This document shows, piece after piece, positions 11,322-23,049 of a stretch of 64,000 bases of DNA. The notes beneath the pieces were generated by a model. The model was not told where the DNA came from, ran no database searches, and saw only the letters and a program-made list of their open reading frames with translations. The translations under genes were made by a program, and so were the position numbers. How positions within the stretch are numbered: the first letter of the stretch is position 1; the number at the start of each line of letters is the position of its first letter. This stretch comes from Gracilinanus agilis. Taxonomy: Eukaryota. The stretch spans positions 528,021,569 to 528,085,568 of the forward strand of contig NC_058131.1 of assembly GCF_016433145.1 (NCBI RefSeq), read 5' to 3'.

Positions 11322-13567
11322 TTCATGGTCTTCTCCCGGAGCCGCCGCCTCCTCCCCCGGCCCGGCCCAGCTTGGCCCGGGCCGGCGGCAGCCCCGAGCT
11401 CCTACCGCCCCCCCGCGGAGCCTCGGAGCGACTCACTTCACACTCCCCCACCCCCACTCCGGCCAACCATCTCCCCTCTAGTCCAAGCTGGTCCCCTCGG
11501 GTTCCAATCTGGCGGGACGTTCCTGAAAACCTCACCCCGACACTCAAACACCCCAGCTGGCTCCCGTACCCCCTCCGTACTAGCTGTCACAGCCGCTGGG
11601 ATCCCCTATATCCTGGCCGGTAGCCCCACCTTTTCTCCTGACATTCCAACATTCTCACAAACCACATTTCAGGAAGGATTCCTTCCTCAAAACCTCACTT
11701 TATCCCTCTCCCACTCCAGAACTAACCTGCAACCCTTACTATTTTTTTCCCCTCCCCACACTAAAGTCCTACAAAAGACTTCTAGGTACAATATAGTTCC
11801 CAGACAACACCAGTTGAGCCATGAGATAGAGGGTCACTGGCAACTGACTGATTACAGTGGTGCCTCAAATTATTTTATATTTAAATAGCTAAATCTTCTC
11901 ACTATCTTGTAGAATGTTGGCTCTTTAAGGGCAGGCATTGCTTTTCCCTTTTTTATATGTATCTCAGGTACCTAGCACAGTACCTTACCCATAATATTAC
12001 AATAAATGCTTTCTTAAATGAATTCAAGCATCCTTGATCCTAGTACCTTTGATTATCTTTTAAAGTCTCCATTATGACTCCTGTTTCATCCCAACAGCCC
12101 ATGTGTTAGCTTGATTTCTGTCCCTGAGTGCCATTAATAATGTACATCAAAATTTTCTTAATCTAAAATAGTCTCTTTTTCTTTTTCTCCAATTATTTTG
12201 CCCTAGCATCCTACAGTCCTGGATTTCTCAAGCATGATCCCCTATTGACATTTAGAATCAGGAAGACCTGGATTCAACTCCTATTTTATATCTCTTAGTA
12301 GCTGTGTGATTCTGGACAAGTCATGTAACCTCTCTGAGAATAACAACATCAACCTCACAGTGTTGCTCTGAAGCTTAAATGAGAAAATGTACATAAAGAA
12401 TTTTGCAAAACTTAAAGTGCCAATTATTATTGTAATCTTATATCCTGGAGGCTATATTGATTTAAGTTGAAATGCCCCTTTTCTGTTGCCAGTCTTCTCA
12501 ATGGCTCTTCCAATCCCTATCTTTCCAACCCCATCCTCATTGCATTTCCTGGACATGGTATGAAAAATTGATTGTAAACAGCATCTAGTACAATGCCTTG
12601 TCCATGGTAGTCACTCATTAGATAAATGAGTAAATGAGAAAATGAATGAGTGAATGAATGCTTCATGACTCTGGTCTGCCCCACCACCAGGAATCATGGG
12701 GGTGGTTATGCCCACAGACATCTTGTTACCCAGATGCAGAGCTAGATCCTCAAACTTAGGTTATCTCTCCTTTTTTCTTTCCCTTTATTCCTCTCTCAGC
12801 CTCTAAAACTTTCCTCTAGCCTACCTACCCCATACCCTCTCAGGTTTCTTTCTTCAAGAAATCAACCAAGCCCCTGTCCCTCCCAACCTCCCAGGCAGCC
12901 TTCCCTGCTCCCATCTCTTCTAGGGAATCTCTTTGTGAGCAACAGAGGCCTGCTGTCACTTCCCCTACTTGGCCTGATCAGTGCTTGTTTATTAATTACG
13001 CTAATAACAACAGCAGGGAGAGCAGCAGTCACAGATGCCTGCTGTGGGCGCCCCCAGGCGGTGGCCCCAGGGGAGGCCAAGGAACTCACTGAGAAATAAT
13101 TGGCAAGGAGGGTCTGCAGTCTCCAGCTGGCTGAACAATACATCTTGCCAACTTTCTTGTGCACTATGGATCTCTTCCAGAACCTTGTCCTAAAGGAAAA
13201 GACCTACTTCTTCCCAGGAACTATAGCCTCCAACCTGAGGGCTGAGATCAGGAATATGGTCTGAGGAGAAGAGGCTGGAAGGAGGAGTGAAAGAAGACTG
13301 TAAGTTAGAAGCTATGTCCATAGCAATGGCAAAACCTCTCCATCCTTCTTACTTTTCATCATATTTCTACACTCTCCTTCCCAACTGACCCAGAGTAAGG
13401 GGTCTAATTGCCATCTTAAACTAAGGTCAACAACAATTTATTAAGAGCTTACTATGTGCTAGGCACAGAATTAAGCCCTAGAAATACAAACAAAAAGAAA
13501 GACATTGCCTGCCCTCAAGAAACCAGAAGAAGGCAGGCTAGGGCCCTTTCTAAAAATAGAGGTTCCA

Positions 13568-13688
13568 CCCAGCTGTGTGACCCTGGGCAAGTCACTTGAC
13601 CCCCATTGCCCACCCTTACCAATCTTCCACCTATGAGACAATACACCAAAGTACAAGGGTTTAAAAAAAAAACTAAAAAAACTAAAAA
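13568..13688 (+). mobile_element. 5'-truncated young SINE
   Basis: 3' half of the SINE plus (A)n tail; perfect 18-bp TSD CTAAAAATAGAGGTTCCA (13550-13567, 13689-13706). Confidence 0.9.
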
Positions 13689-14539
13689 CTAAAAATAGAG
13701 GTTCCAGTAGGAATTCAACAATGAGGGAAAGGGAAGAGTATAATCTAAGCCTTTAAGATTAAGATTAACTTAATCTCAAATGAAAATAAATTATGTATGT
13801 GTGTGCATAGTCTATTAATTTCATCCATTCATAGATCTATTAACCTAGTAATGAGTCCCTTCTCCCCAACTCCAGCTGATTGGCCACCACCTTTATGAAT
13901 GGTGGCCATCCCCATACCACAAACAACTCCCTAGCTCTCACATTTCTTTTCACTCTCAGCCCCATCTATTACTGAGTTCAAGGAAGGAGACCCTGCTCAA
14001 AGATCAACCTTTGGCACCATCCTAAGGAATATAGTCTTATTATGCTACCTCAGGTGTATTAGCCATTGTTCCTTTGCCCTTCTCCAAATAAAGCCCTAAA
14101 CCTGAAGACAGTGTTACTAATCTGAGGCATATACCATTCTGTAAATTAAGTTAGATTATGTCCCATCTTGACTTTCCCAATTCTGTTTTCCATCTTCTCC
14201 TACTTCACCCACCAGGAAGTTTAGCCCCTCTTTGCTTCGGAATCAGTTTGAATTTTTACTGTTCCTGCACTGAACAGATCATGGATTATAGATAACCCAG
14301 TTCAGCCCAGAAGTAATAAATAGCCTTCCATTTCTATATGGAATGTCCTCCCTCTTATGCCCTAGCACCCTTTCTGGAATTTTTTCTCTTTTTCTATAGT
14401 CCCTTGGTTATTAGTTTGTATTGGGGAATGACGATCTGGTGAACACCAGTGTCATACTTGTAACTATTTTACATAACAGGCAATAGGAAAACATGAAATG
14501 GCTTGGAGTAGAGAAACAGTATAACCAGATCTGGATGAA

Positions 14540-14735
14540 GGATCCCTTTTTTGCTTCAGCACAACATGTAATACTCATATGATATACTTTCTAGTCTCCT
14601 ACCATCCTGATCACTCTTACCTGGAAACACTCAAGCCTGTCAACATTCTTCTTTACATATGGCACCCAGAACTAAATATATTACTCTAGAAGTGGTCTGA
14701 CCAAGTCAGAATACAGGGGCACAGTCATTCTCTTT
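14540..14735 (-). mobile_element. CR1/L3 LINE fragment
   Basis: Minus-strand peptide VPLYSDLVRPLLE followed by FWVP-like sequence, matching the CR1 RT C-terminal LYSALVRPHLEY motif. Confidence 0.75.
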
Positions 14736-14754
14736 TGAGAAGTAGTGGTAATGT

Positions 14755-14891
14755 NNNNNNNNNNNNNNNNNNNNNNNNNNNNNNNNNNNNNNNNNNNNNN
14801 NNNNNNNNNNNNNNNNNNNNNNNNNNNNNNNNNNNNNNNNNNNNNNNNNNNNNNNNNNNNNNNNNNNNNNNNNNNNNNNNNNNNNNNNNNN
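14755..14891. other. Assembly gap (137 N)
   Basis: Run of N next to a GA-rich simple repeat. Confidence 1.
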
Positions 14892-15000
14892 AATAGAAAA
14901 AGGGGAGACAGAAAGAGGACAGAGAAAAATATGAGAAAGGAAAAAAGGAAGGAAAGAAAGAAGAATGGAGGGACTGGCCATTGATAGTCATTCCTTAGAA

Positions 15001-15521
15001 CAGCAATTCTCAAACTTTTTGGTTTCAAGATTCCTTTACACTCTTAAAAATTATTGATGACCCAAAAGAGCTCTTATTTATATGGTCTACATTTACTACA
15101 TTAGAAATTGAAACTGATAAAAATTACAATGTATTTAATAATTCATTTTCAAAATAATAAATATATGCTGACATAAAGAACAAGTTTTATGAAAAATAAC
15201 CATAAATTCTAAAAAAACAAATTTAGTGAGTAGCCTTGATTTACATATTTTTGCAAATCTTTTTAATGACTTGCTTAATAAAAGACCACTGGATTCTCAT
15301 ATCTGCTTCTACATTCAATCTCTAGAGATATGTTTTAGTTAAAGTATGTGAAGGAAATTTGACTTCACATAGATGTATAGTTGGAAAAGGGGGGAGTGCT
15401 TTATAGGCAAATAACATATTAGTATTACTATAAAAATATTTTCTGACTTCACAGAACTCATGAAAGGGTCTCAGAGATTCCTTTCCCCAGGGGTCCTTCA
15501 ACCGCACTTTCAGAACCTCTG
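15001..15521. mobile_element. Charlie1-family hAT deletion derivative
   Basis: Ends CAGCAATTCTCAAACT... and ...CTTTCAGAACCTCTG; interior resembles Charlie1 (ctggattctcatatctgcttctacattcaatc); 8-bp flanks CCTTAGAA / CCTTAAAG. Confidence 0.8.
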
Positions 15522-17699
15522 CCTTAAAGCAGAGCATATACAATCCTACTCTGCCATCCAGTGACAATGCTGTTCCTCTCAGCAGACACTGTGCCTTTTC
15601 ACTGGCTAATCCATGCCTGGAATTATCTTCCTCCTCATCTCCATTTCCTGACATCCCTGATTTCCTTTCATTTTCAACTAAAATCTCACCTTTCCTGATC
15701 CCTCTTAAGGAGAGTAGCACTTCCCCTCTGTTGATCCTCTGAAGTTTATCTTGACTATATGTTGTAATACATAATTGTTTGCTTGTCATTTCTCCCATTA
15801 GACTGTGAACTCCTTGAGAACAAGGAGTATTTTTTTGCTTTGCCTTATACCCCAGCACTTAGCACAGAATCTAACACATTTGTATTCACTTAAATTCTGG
15901 TTGACACAGCTATGTGCTCTACCTGTTATCAAGTATAAGGAGATTTGGTGAGCCTACTCACAGAAATGCATGATGAAGGGTCTCTCTTCCTCCCTGGTAC
16001 AGAGCCCGCACAAATATTCTCTGTTTCCTGTCAGTTCACTGAACAATAACCCCAAGCTTGTTAAATGGCTGTTGAGCAAGAACTGAATGTGATACTAAAG
16101 ATTCAAACAGATAAACTCTCTTGCTCTTCCCTTTTGGTAAGCCAAGCAAAAACTGCTCTTACCCTCTCCAATATGGAGAGTCAGCAGCCACAGAAGCAGT
16201 GTTAGCCTGCCTGCCACTTCCAGCTTCCTTTTCTTCCCACCTGGCTGCCATGTGGCCATGAACGCATGGTGCTTCAGTTTCTGTTGTGCCTACTCTTTCC
16301 TGATCTCTGGTGGAAAAAAACACCAGAGCCAGAATGGACCAGGTTATTACTTTGTAAGCTTTGAAAAATCAGATGAAATAGTCATCAAAGTTCCCTTCAG
16401 AGGCAGAGTTGGTAGCTGTAGTAGCCAGTCTATTGAGGAACCAATCCCAAGGAGTAACTTACTTGACCTAGCAGCCAAGTCAACATGTCCTACAAGTAAG
16501 AAAGCAACTAGTCCACTGGCTATGCCACACCCAGAAGTAAATTGGTGGTGGAGGAATGTTTTGTAAAAATTGTTTTAAGTTTGAATCTATTGTCTCTAGG
16601 GACCAAGGGGGTAGAGAAAGGTTATGGCTAGTACCTTCTTAGCAAATAAATATCACATTGTAAAAATTAATTTATATTAGTTGGTTAAATGATGTTGAGG
16701 TGATACGGACTGGTTATTTATTTTGAGAGGAGCATACTAAATTTGGACAAGTAAGCAAAAGTATTAAACAACCCTAACATCTCAGGGCTGTTCCTAGAAC
16801 CATGAGGGAAGATGTAGCTGAACTCTCAGACAAATCTGCCAGTGCTGGGGTGTTGGAGGATGGGACTGGGACAATGTGCTCAAAGACTGGACTAGAAAGA
16901 GAATAAAGACTTTCCAAAGTTCCTTCCAAAGAAGGAACCATTGGAATCTGAGTGCAGAACAAATCATGCTATCTTCCGTTACATATCCTTCATGAGATTT
17001 CTATTGTATGTGTGATATGTGTCTTCTATCATGACATGACCAATATGGAAATATGTTTTACATGAAAGTACAGATATAACCTATATCAGACTATTCACCA
17101 CTGGGGATAGGGGGCGGGGAAGGATAGGAAAGGAGAATAACCTGAATTTTAAAATGTCAGAAAACAATGGTTAAAAAGTTTCTACATGAAACTGAAAAAG
17201 AATTTTTAAATTAAAAAAAATGTATATATACATATATATGACACAGAGAGATAGAAAGGAGGAGGAAGTAAAAGAAAGAAAAGAAGAGGAATAAGAAAGG
17301 GGAAAAGTACTTAAAAATTAAACATATACATTTGTTACTGAATGAATCAACTTTTTTTTAAAGAACAGGATTAGTATCTATAATAACATTTTGTTACTGT
17401 TTTTAATGTGTGCATCTTAGTAGACAGTTTCCAAAATGGGAGGGTACTAGCATTTCCTTCTCATCAAGGGTGATAGCACTAAAAGATGCTTGAACTTGAT
17501 ACAGTATAAACCTATACCTCATGGCCATTCTTTATAACCCCCTCTTGGTCTTTCTGCAATATCTCCTCTTTTGAGTTGCACCTGATCATCTCTCCAGTTT
17601 TCACAAAAATCTGATAAAAGATGGGATGATTTTGCTTCTGCTTCTATGCAAAGTACTGTGGAAAGAAAACATAATGGCAGAATGGGAGAAAGAGGGGGG

Positions 17700-19760
17700 A
17701 ATTTTTTTATTTTATTTTTATTTTTTAAATTTTTTTGTTTTAAATATTTTCCCATGTTTACATGATTCATTTTCTTTCCCTCCCTTCTTTCCTCCCCCCT
17801 CCCAGAGTCCACAAGCAATTCCACTGGGTTGTACAAATGTTATCACTTCTTACCTATTTCCATATTATTTGTTTTTGCAAAAGAGCAATCACTTAAAACC
17901 AAAACCCCATATCCTATCCCCATATAAACAAGTGATAAAACATTTGTTTTTCTTCTGTGCTTTGACTTCCACAGTTCTTTCTCTCAATGTGGAGAGCATT
18001 CCTTCTAATAAATCCCTCAGGATTGTCCTGGATCATTGCATTGCTACTAGTACTAAAGTTCATTACATTGGATAATTCCACAATGTTTCACTTTCCATGT
18101 ACAATGTTCTCTTGATTCTGCACATTTCACTCTGTGTCAGTTCATGGAAGTTCTTCCAGTTCATGTAGAAATCCCCCAGTTCATTATTCCTTACAGCACA
18201 ATAGTATTCCATCACCATCATATACCACATTTTGTTCAGCCATTCCTCATTTGAGGGAGGGAAAATTACTTAAAATGAATTTTATTGTTGTCTTTTTTCT
18301 TTTTTTGCAGCTCTATAATTTCTTCTAGTCTTTCTGCCTTCCTTTCCCAGAGAACGATACCAGTAGCAAATGATCCACTTTAAATTTTAATTAATTAATT
18401 AATTAGAATATTTTCCCATGGTTACAAGATTCATGCTCTTTCCTTCCCCCTCCCTCAACCCCCTTCCTGCAGCAATTCCACTGGGCTTTACATGTGTCAT
18501 TGATCAGGACCCATTTCCATATTATTGATATTTGCACTAGGATGATTATTTAGAATCATTATTCCCAATCATATCCCCACTGAACCATGTGATCAAGCAG
18601 TTGTTTTTCTTCTGTTTTTCTACTTCCACAGTTCTTCCTCTGAATGTGGATATCGTTCTTTTTCATAAATCCCTCAGAATTGTCCTGGATCACTGCATTG
18701 CTGCTAGTAAAGAAGTCCATTACATTCGATTGTATCCACAATGTATCAGTCTCTGTGTATAATATTCTTCTGGTTCTGCTCCTTTCACTCTGCATCAATT
18801 CCTGGAGGTCATTCCAGTTCACATGGAATTCCTCCAGTTCATTATTCCTTTGAGCACAATAGTAAAAAAGATACATTTTAAAGACAAAAATAAGAACAGG
18901 TTTAAAAAAATCAGCATAAATGATCAATGTATCAAAAAGTCTGAAAATACATGCAGTATGAAAGTATTGGTAATAATCTAAATCAGACTATTTACTGTCT
19001 TGGAGAGGAAGGGAATTCAAATTACAAAATGTCAGAAAATAATTGTCAAAAATTGTTTCTACATGTCATTAAAAAAAAAAAGAAATGAAAGCGAAAAGAA
19101 AAGAAAATGCATACATTATACCACACCTGTAGATCAGTCCCACTCTGCAAATGGCTGGTACAGTAGTATCTTCTCATATCTTTGCTTTCCAACTATGCTT
19201 TGTTCTTTAGAATTTTATAACATACACTTTGGATTTTTTTTTGTGTATGATTGTTCTTTGCATATTGTAATAGTCATTGTATGTGTTGTTTTCTTCCTTC
19301 TGATCACTTCCTTCTCTACCTCCCATTAAATTCATTTATTTATTTATTTTATTTGGAATATTTTTCCATGGTTACATAATTCATGTTTTTCTCTCCCCTT
19401 CTCCCTTCCCCCTCCCATAGCCAACAAGCAATTCTACTGGGTTTTATATATATCATTGTTCAAAACCTATTTCCATATTATTAATATTTGCAATAGGGTT
19501 GGTCACTTCCTTCTATATCCATTCGTGTCAATCTTTTAATGTTTTTCTGTATTTATTACACACATCATTTCTTATAATGCAATAGTATTCCATTACATGC
19601 ATGTACTGCAATTTGTTTTGTCATTTCCCAATTGATGGGCATCAACTTTGTTTTCATTTCTTTGTTATCACAAAAAAAAATGCCACCAAAAATATTTTGG
19701 TATATGGGGATTTTTTTTTATTATTAATGACCTCCTTAGAGTATAAGCCTAATAGAGAAA
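17700..19760 (-). mobile_element. Cluster of L1 3'-end fragments
   Basis: Repeated atattttcccatg...cattccatt...atagtattcc motifs typical of marsupial L1 3' regions. Other fragments at about 16970-17210(+), 20850-21110, 45100-45430, 48100-48540, 57880-58770. Confidence 0.8.
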
Positions 19761-21535
19761 GAGTGCTCCACTGGTTTACTCAAGGATGTCAGGAGAAATC
19801 CTACTAAAAGGAAAGCATACTGAAAAGGGAAACATTCACTGGTTATGAAAACTATATGTGAGGATTTGGACAAGAGTCTAGCAGTGTGGACTGGCATAAA
19901 TGGGTTTCTTTTTATTATCATTCTTTTTATTTTATTCCTTTATATTTTTTCATAGATAGGTTTTTATCTGCATACAAATTAATGAGATCATAAGAGTATA
20001 AGATACATTTAGGGTCTGTAGTACTATCTAACGTTCACTATAATTATTAGTCTCAAAGGTCCCTGCTCAGACCACAGGAGCACAAAAATTTATCCTATAT
20101 GTGAGGGGATGTGTATATTTGATCCCTGTGAGGTGGGTATGAGTGTGAAGGAGAATGTCTATTTTCGTGGGCATTATCTATGAAATAGTTCTGTTAGGAT
20201 TTGTGGATGGATGGTAAGTTAATATTTATCTAACTGGGGGAGATTGCTTGTACAAATACATGCCTATAAAAGCTCCCTCAACTTCAGAAATTCATTGCTT
20301 AGAAGGAGTCTAATCAAATCAACAGGAAATGTATTTGGCCAAATGCAGTAGCAACAGCAGCTGGTCCAAGAATTTCTGTCCTTAGAACATAGTCCAGAGC
20401 CAGACCTGGATAATCCCATGGGAACATGGAGGTGCTGTGAAAGGCTATAGGAGTGGGCAGGGGAGGGAACAAGCTCTGATGAAGCTTTGAACTAAACAAA
20501 GAGGCTGTGCTGGACTGTGCTGGGCATCTCCATGCCTCTCCTTTGGAATCTAAGGAGTACTGACTCTCTGCCACAGGTCTGACTAGGAAATGCCATACCT
20601 GGGACAATTACATCAAACAGATACTGAGTCAGGTCATATGTAACTTTAGTTGAGGATCAGGGAAAAAACTTTCCCATGTGGAAAGGGAAGAATAGAGGTC
20701 CTAGGGCACTGGAGAGATCATATAGGAGGGGACAGAGCAAGGTAGATAGCTTCATAGTTCATTTTGTAACTACTTAAAATTTTTATATTTGTATTATATT
20801 TACATGTTTATGTTATTTATGTTTATATATACTTATAACTAATGTTATAATTTTGTTTTTTTAATTAAACCAAACCAAAATTAAATTTGGTTTGTATACT
20901 GTTTTTTCTAATATATTCCTTTCTTCTCCCTTCCAAGAGAACTCTCATATCAAAGAACAAAAAAGAGAGAAGAAAGCAGTTAGTTAAAACAAGTCTGATG
21001 GTATATATTGCTCCACACCCATAATCCCTCCCTCTAGAAAGAAGGGCTTGTTCAGTCATGTTTTGATGCTTTGTGACATCATTTGGAGTTTTCTTGGCAG
21101 AGATACTGGAGTGGTTTGCTATTTCTTTTCTCCAGCTCATTTTCTAGATGAGGAAACTGAGATCCATGGGGTTAAATGTCTTACCCCAGGGTCAAAGTCA
21201 CACAGCTAATAAGTGTCTGAAGCTAGAGTTCAACTCAGCTCTTCCCAACTCCAGGTCTTGTGCTCTATCCACTATGCCACCTAGAAGGGAGGGAATTACA
21301 TTTTCCTCTCTTCTATGGAACGGAAGTTTGGTCATTGTCATTACAGAATTTTGGTTTTGATTTTTGTTATTAATATTTCTATTTACACTATTGAAGAAAT
21401 TATTACATTATTAAATTATCCTGCTTCTCCTTCACTTTGCATCAGTCTACATCTGTTCTTATCCTTCTCTTTATGGAGCAGTAAGGCTTCCCATTTTTAG
21501 CTAATTATTCTTACTAATTAGTTGTTTTTTCCTGC

Positions 21536-23043
21536 TGAAGGTCTATCTTGGTACCCTCCAAATTGGGGTTCTGGGATAAAGGACCTGGTGTCCTCTAGTT
21601 GCTCTTTTCTCATCTACTGCTCTGTAGGGATTTTTGTTCCAGAACAGATCAGTTTGTGAATAGGTAGGATAGGGTTCTGAAAGGAACAGAGAAAAAGTTG
21701 GACACAGAAACCAATATTTCAGGATAACAAGACTTGTTGGCTTTCTAACAGCATGGTTCCATCAAGTACTGGGATATCTGTTTAATGTTCTCAGCATTAA
21801 TGTCTATTCTTCAGCTGCCAGAGAACAGCGAAATACACTATCTTGGGCTCCTGAGGGGCTAAAACAGAGTGTGTTTTCCATTAGGATTTGGATTAACCCT
21901 TGTTAAAAGGAAATGAAATCCTTAGATATCCTTATATATTTCTCTATAGATCTTCCTCTAGATCTTGGAGTATGGATAGTATGTAGGTCTCAGAGATAAT
22001 ATGAATGGAGGAGGGATCAGGTGCCCAAGGTCCAAGTTGGTTATAGTTGGTGAGGGAGGAAACACATATTCCTCTCCCAATAGCTATGGATATAATCTAT
22101 GCCTCTCCTCCCTGTCAGTTGTTTCCTTCTAACAGTTGCCCAGGTTAGAGACCCTTGAGAGGTTAGATAGATGGTTAACCTCACTAGGCCCCAACCTGAG
22201 GTTGGATTAGTTGTTGATGAGGCTATCGATTGGCTATTGGAAACGTTGTTATCTGACTGCGTATTGATTCTCCCTTTCCCAAGGGCTTGGTAGAATAACC
22301 ACTCAGGAAAGGTACTTGTTGGTAAATCACTCTATTGAAACTATTAATGAGAAAAGGAAAACAAGGTAATAGGTTTGAGAATCTGGGAACCGTATTGCTA
22401 TTTGTTGGCTACTAAATTAATTGTTGATCAAATCTGGAGATTGCTAGGCTGGTAGAAACTGGAAGTCTTCACCCTCTCACTAACTCTGACCTGACCTGGC
22501 CACAGCCAAGCCAGAGATTAGGGAAGGCTATTGATGTTGATGTTGATAGATGATCTATATACTCTCTCAGCTTTACTATCAATGGTATTGATTGATCACT
22601 AGCTCTCTCTCAGTCAGGTATAGGTTACAGGTTTCAGGCCTACTCCTTCCACCCTTCATCTCCCTCTGTCCCAGTTCTGGCTCCAAGTGCATGCTCAAAT
22701 CTCAGCTCTGAGCTCTGAGCTCTCAACTGTTGTTCCTTGGGGGTATTTATAGGGTGGGGCCAATGGATTTTTGCCCCGGGCTCACAGCATCTGGGAACAT
22801 TCCAAGTCTCTCAACTGCCATCCCTGTCAGTCAAGGTGGCATCCATCTTACCCTAGATAATGATTTTAACACCCTTAGTCCACATTTATCTTGCCCTTGC
22901 TGCCCAGGACTGTGGGGTGAGAATTAAAGAACTGCCTATTTGGAAAGAGGGCAGGTCTTTATAATTCAGAGAACCTCTGCTTATGGAAAGATCAGTAAAA
23001 GTCAGAAGAATCCCATTCTGTGATGTTTAGACTAAAACCTTCA
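21536..23043 (-). mobile_element. Long solo LTR-like element, 1508 bp
   Basis: Terminal inverted TGAAGGT / ACCTTCA; flanks CCTGC / TCTGT (degenerate 5-bp TSD); TATAAATA on the minus strand near 22745; no ORF. Confidence 0.65.
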
Positions 23044-23049
23044 TCTGTA

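Larger units (their letters stand above)
10560..11630 (-). promoter_or_regulatory. TYRO3: TYRO3 CpG island / promoter and 5' UTR
   Basis: Very GC- and CpG-rich block spanning exon 1 in an otherwise CpG-poor window; GC boxes and G-runs at 11101-11141. Confidence 0.85.

Noticed and set aside
11431-11540. Two donor-like motifs upstream of TYRO3 exon 1 (GAA|GTGAGT, GGG|GTGAGG on minus)
   Set aside because: No in-frame ATG, an in-frame stop in the needed phase, and no independent support.
13878-13910. Short hairpins (TGGCCACCA..TGGTGGCCA; also CTCTGGTG..CACCAGAG at 16305-16328)
   Set aside because: 8-9-bp stems are expected by chance; too short for a pre-miRNA.
14681-15028. ORFs containing X runs
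   Set aside because: Artefacts of the N gap.
15322-15858. 178-aa ORF
   Set aside because: Runs across Charlie1 and L2 remnants; no transposase-like or other coherent peptide.
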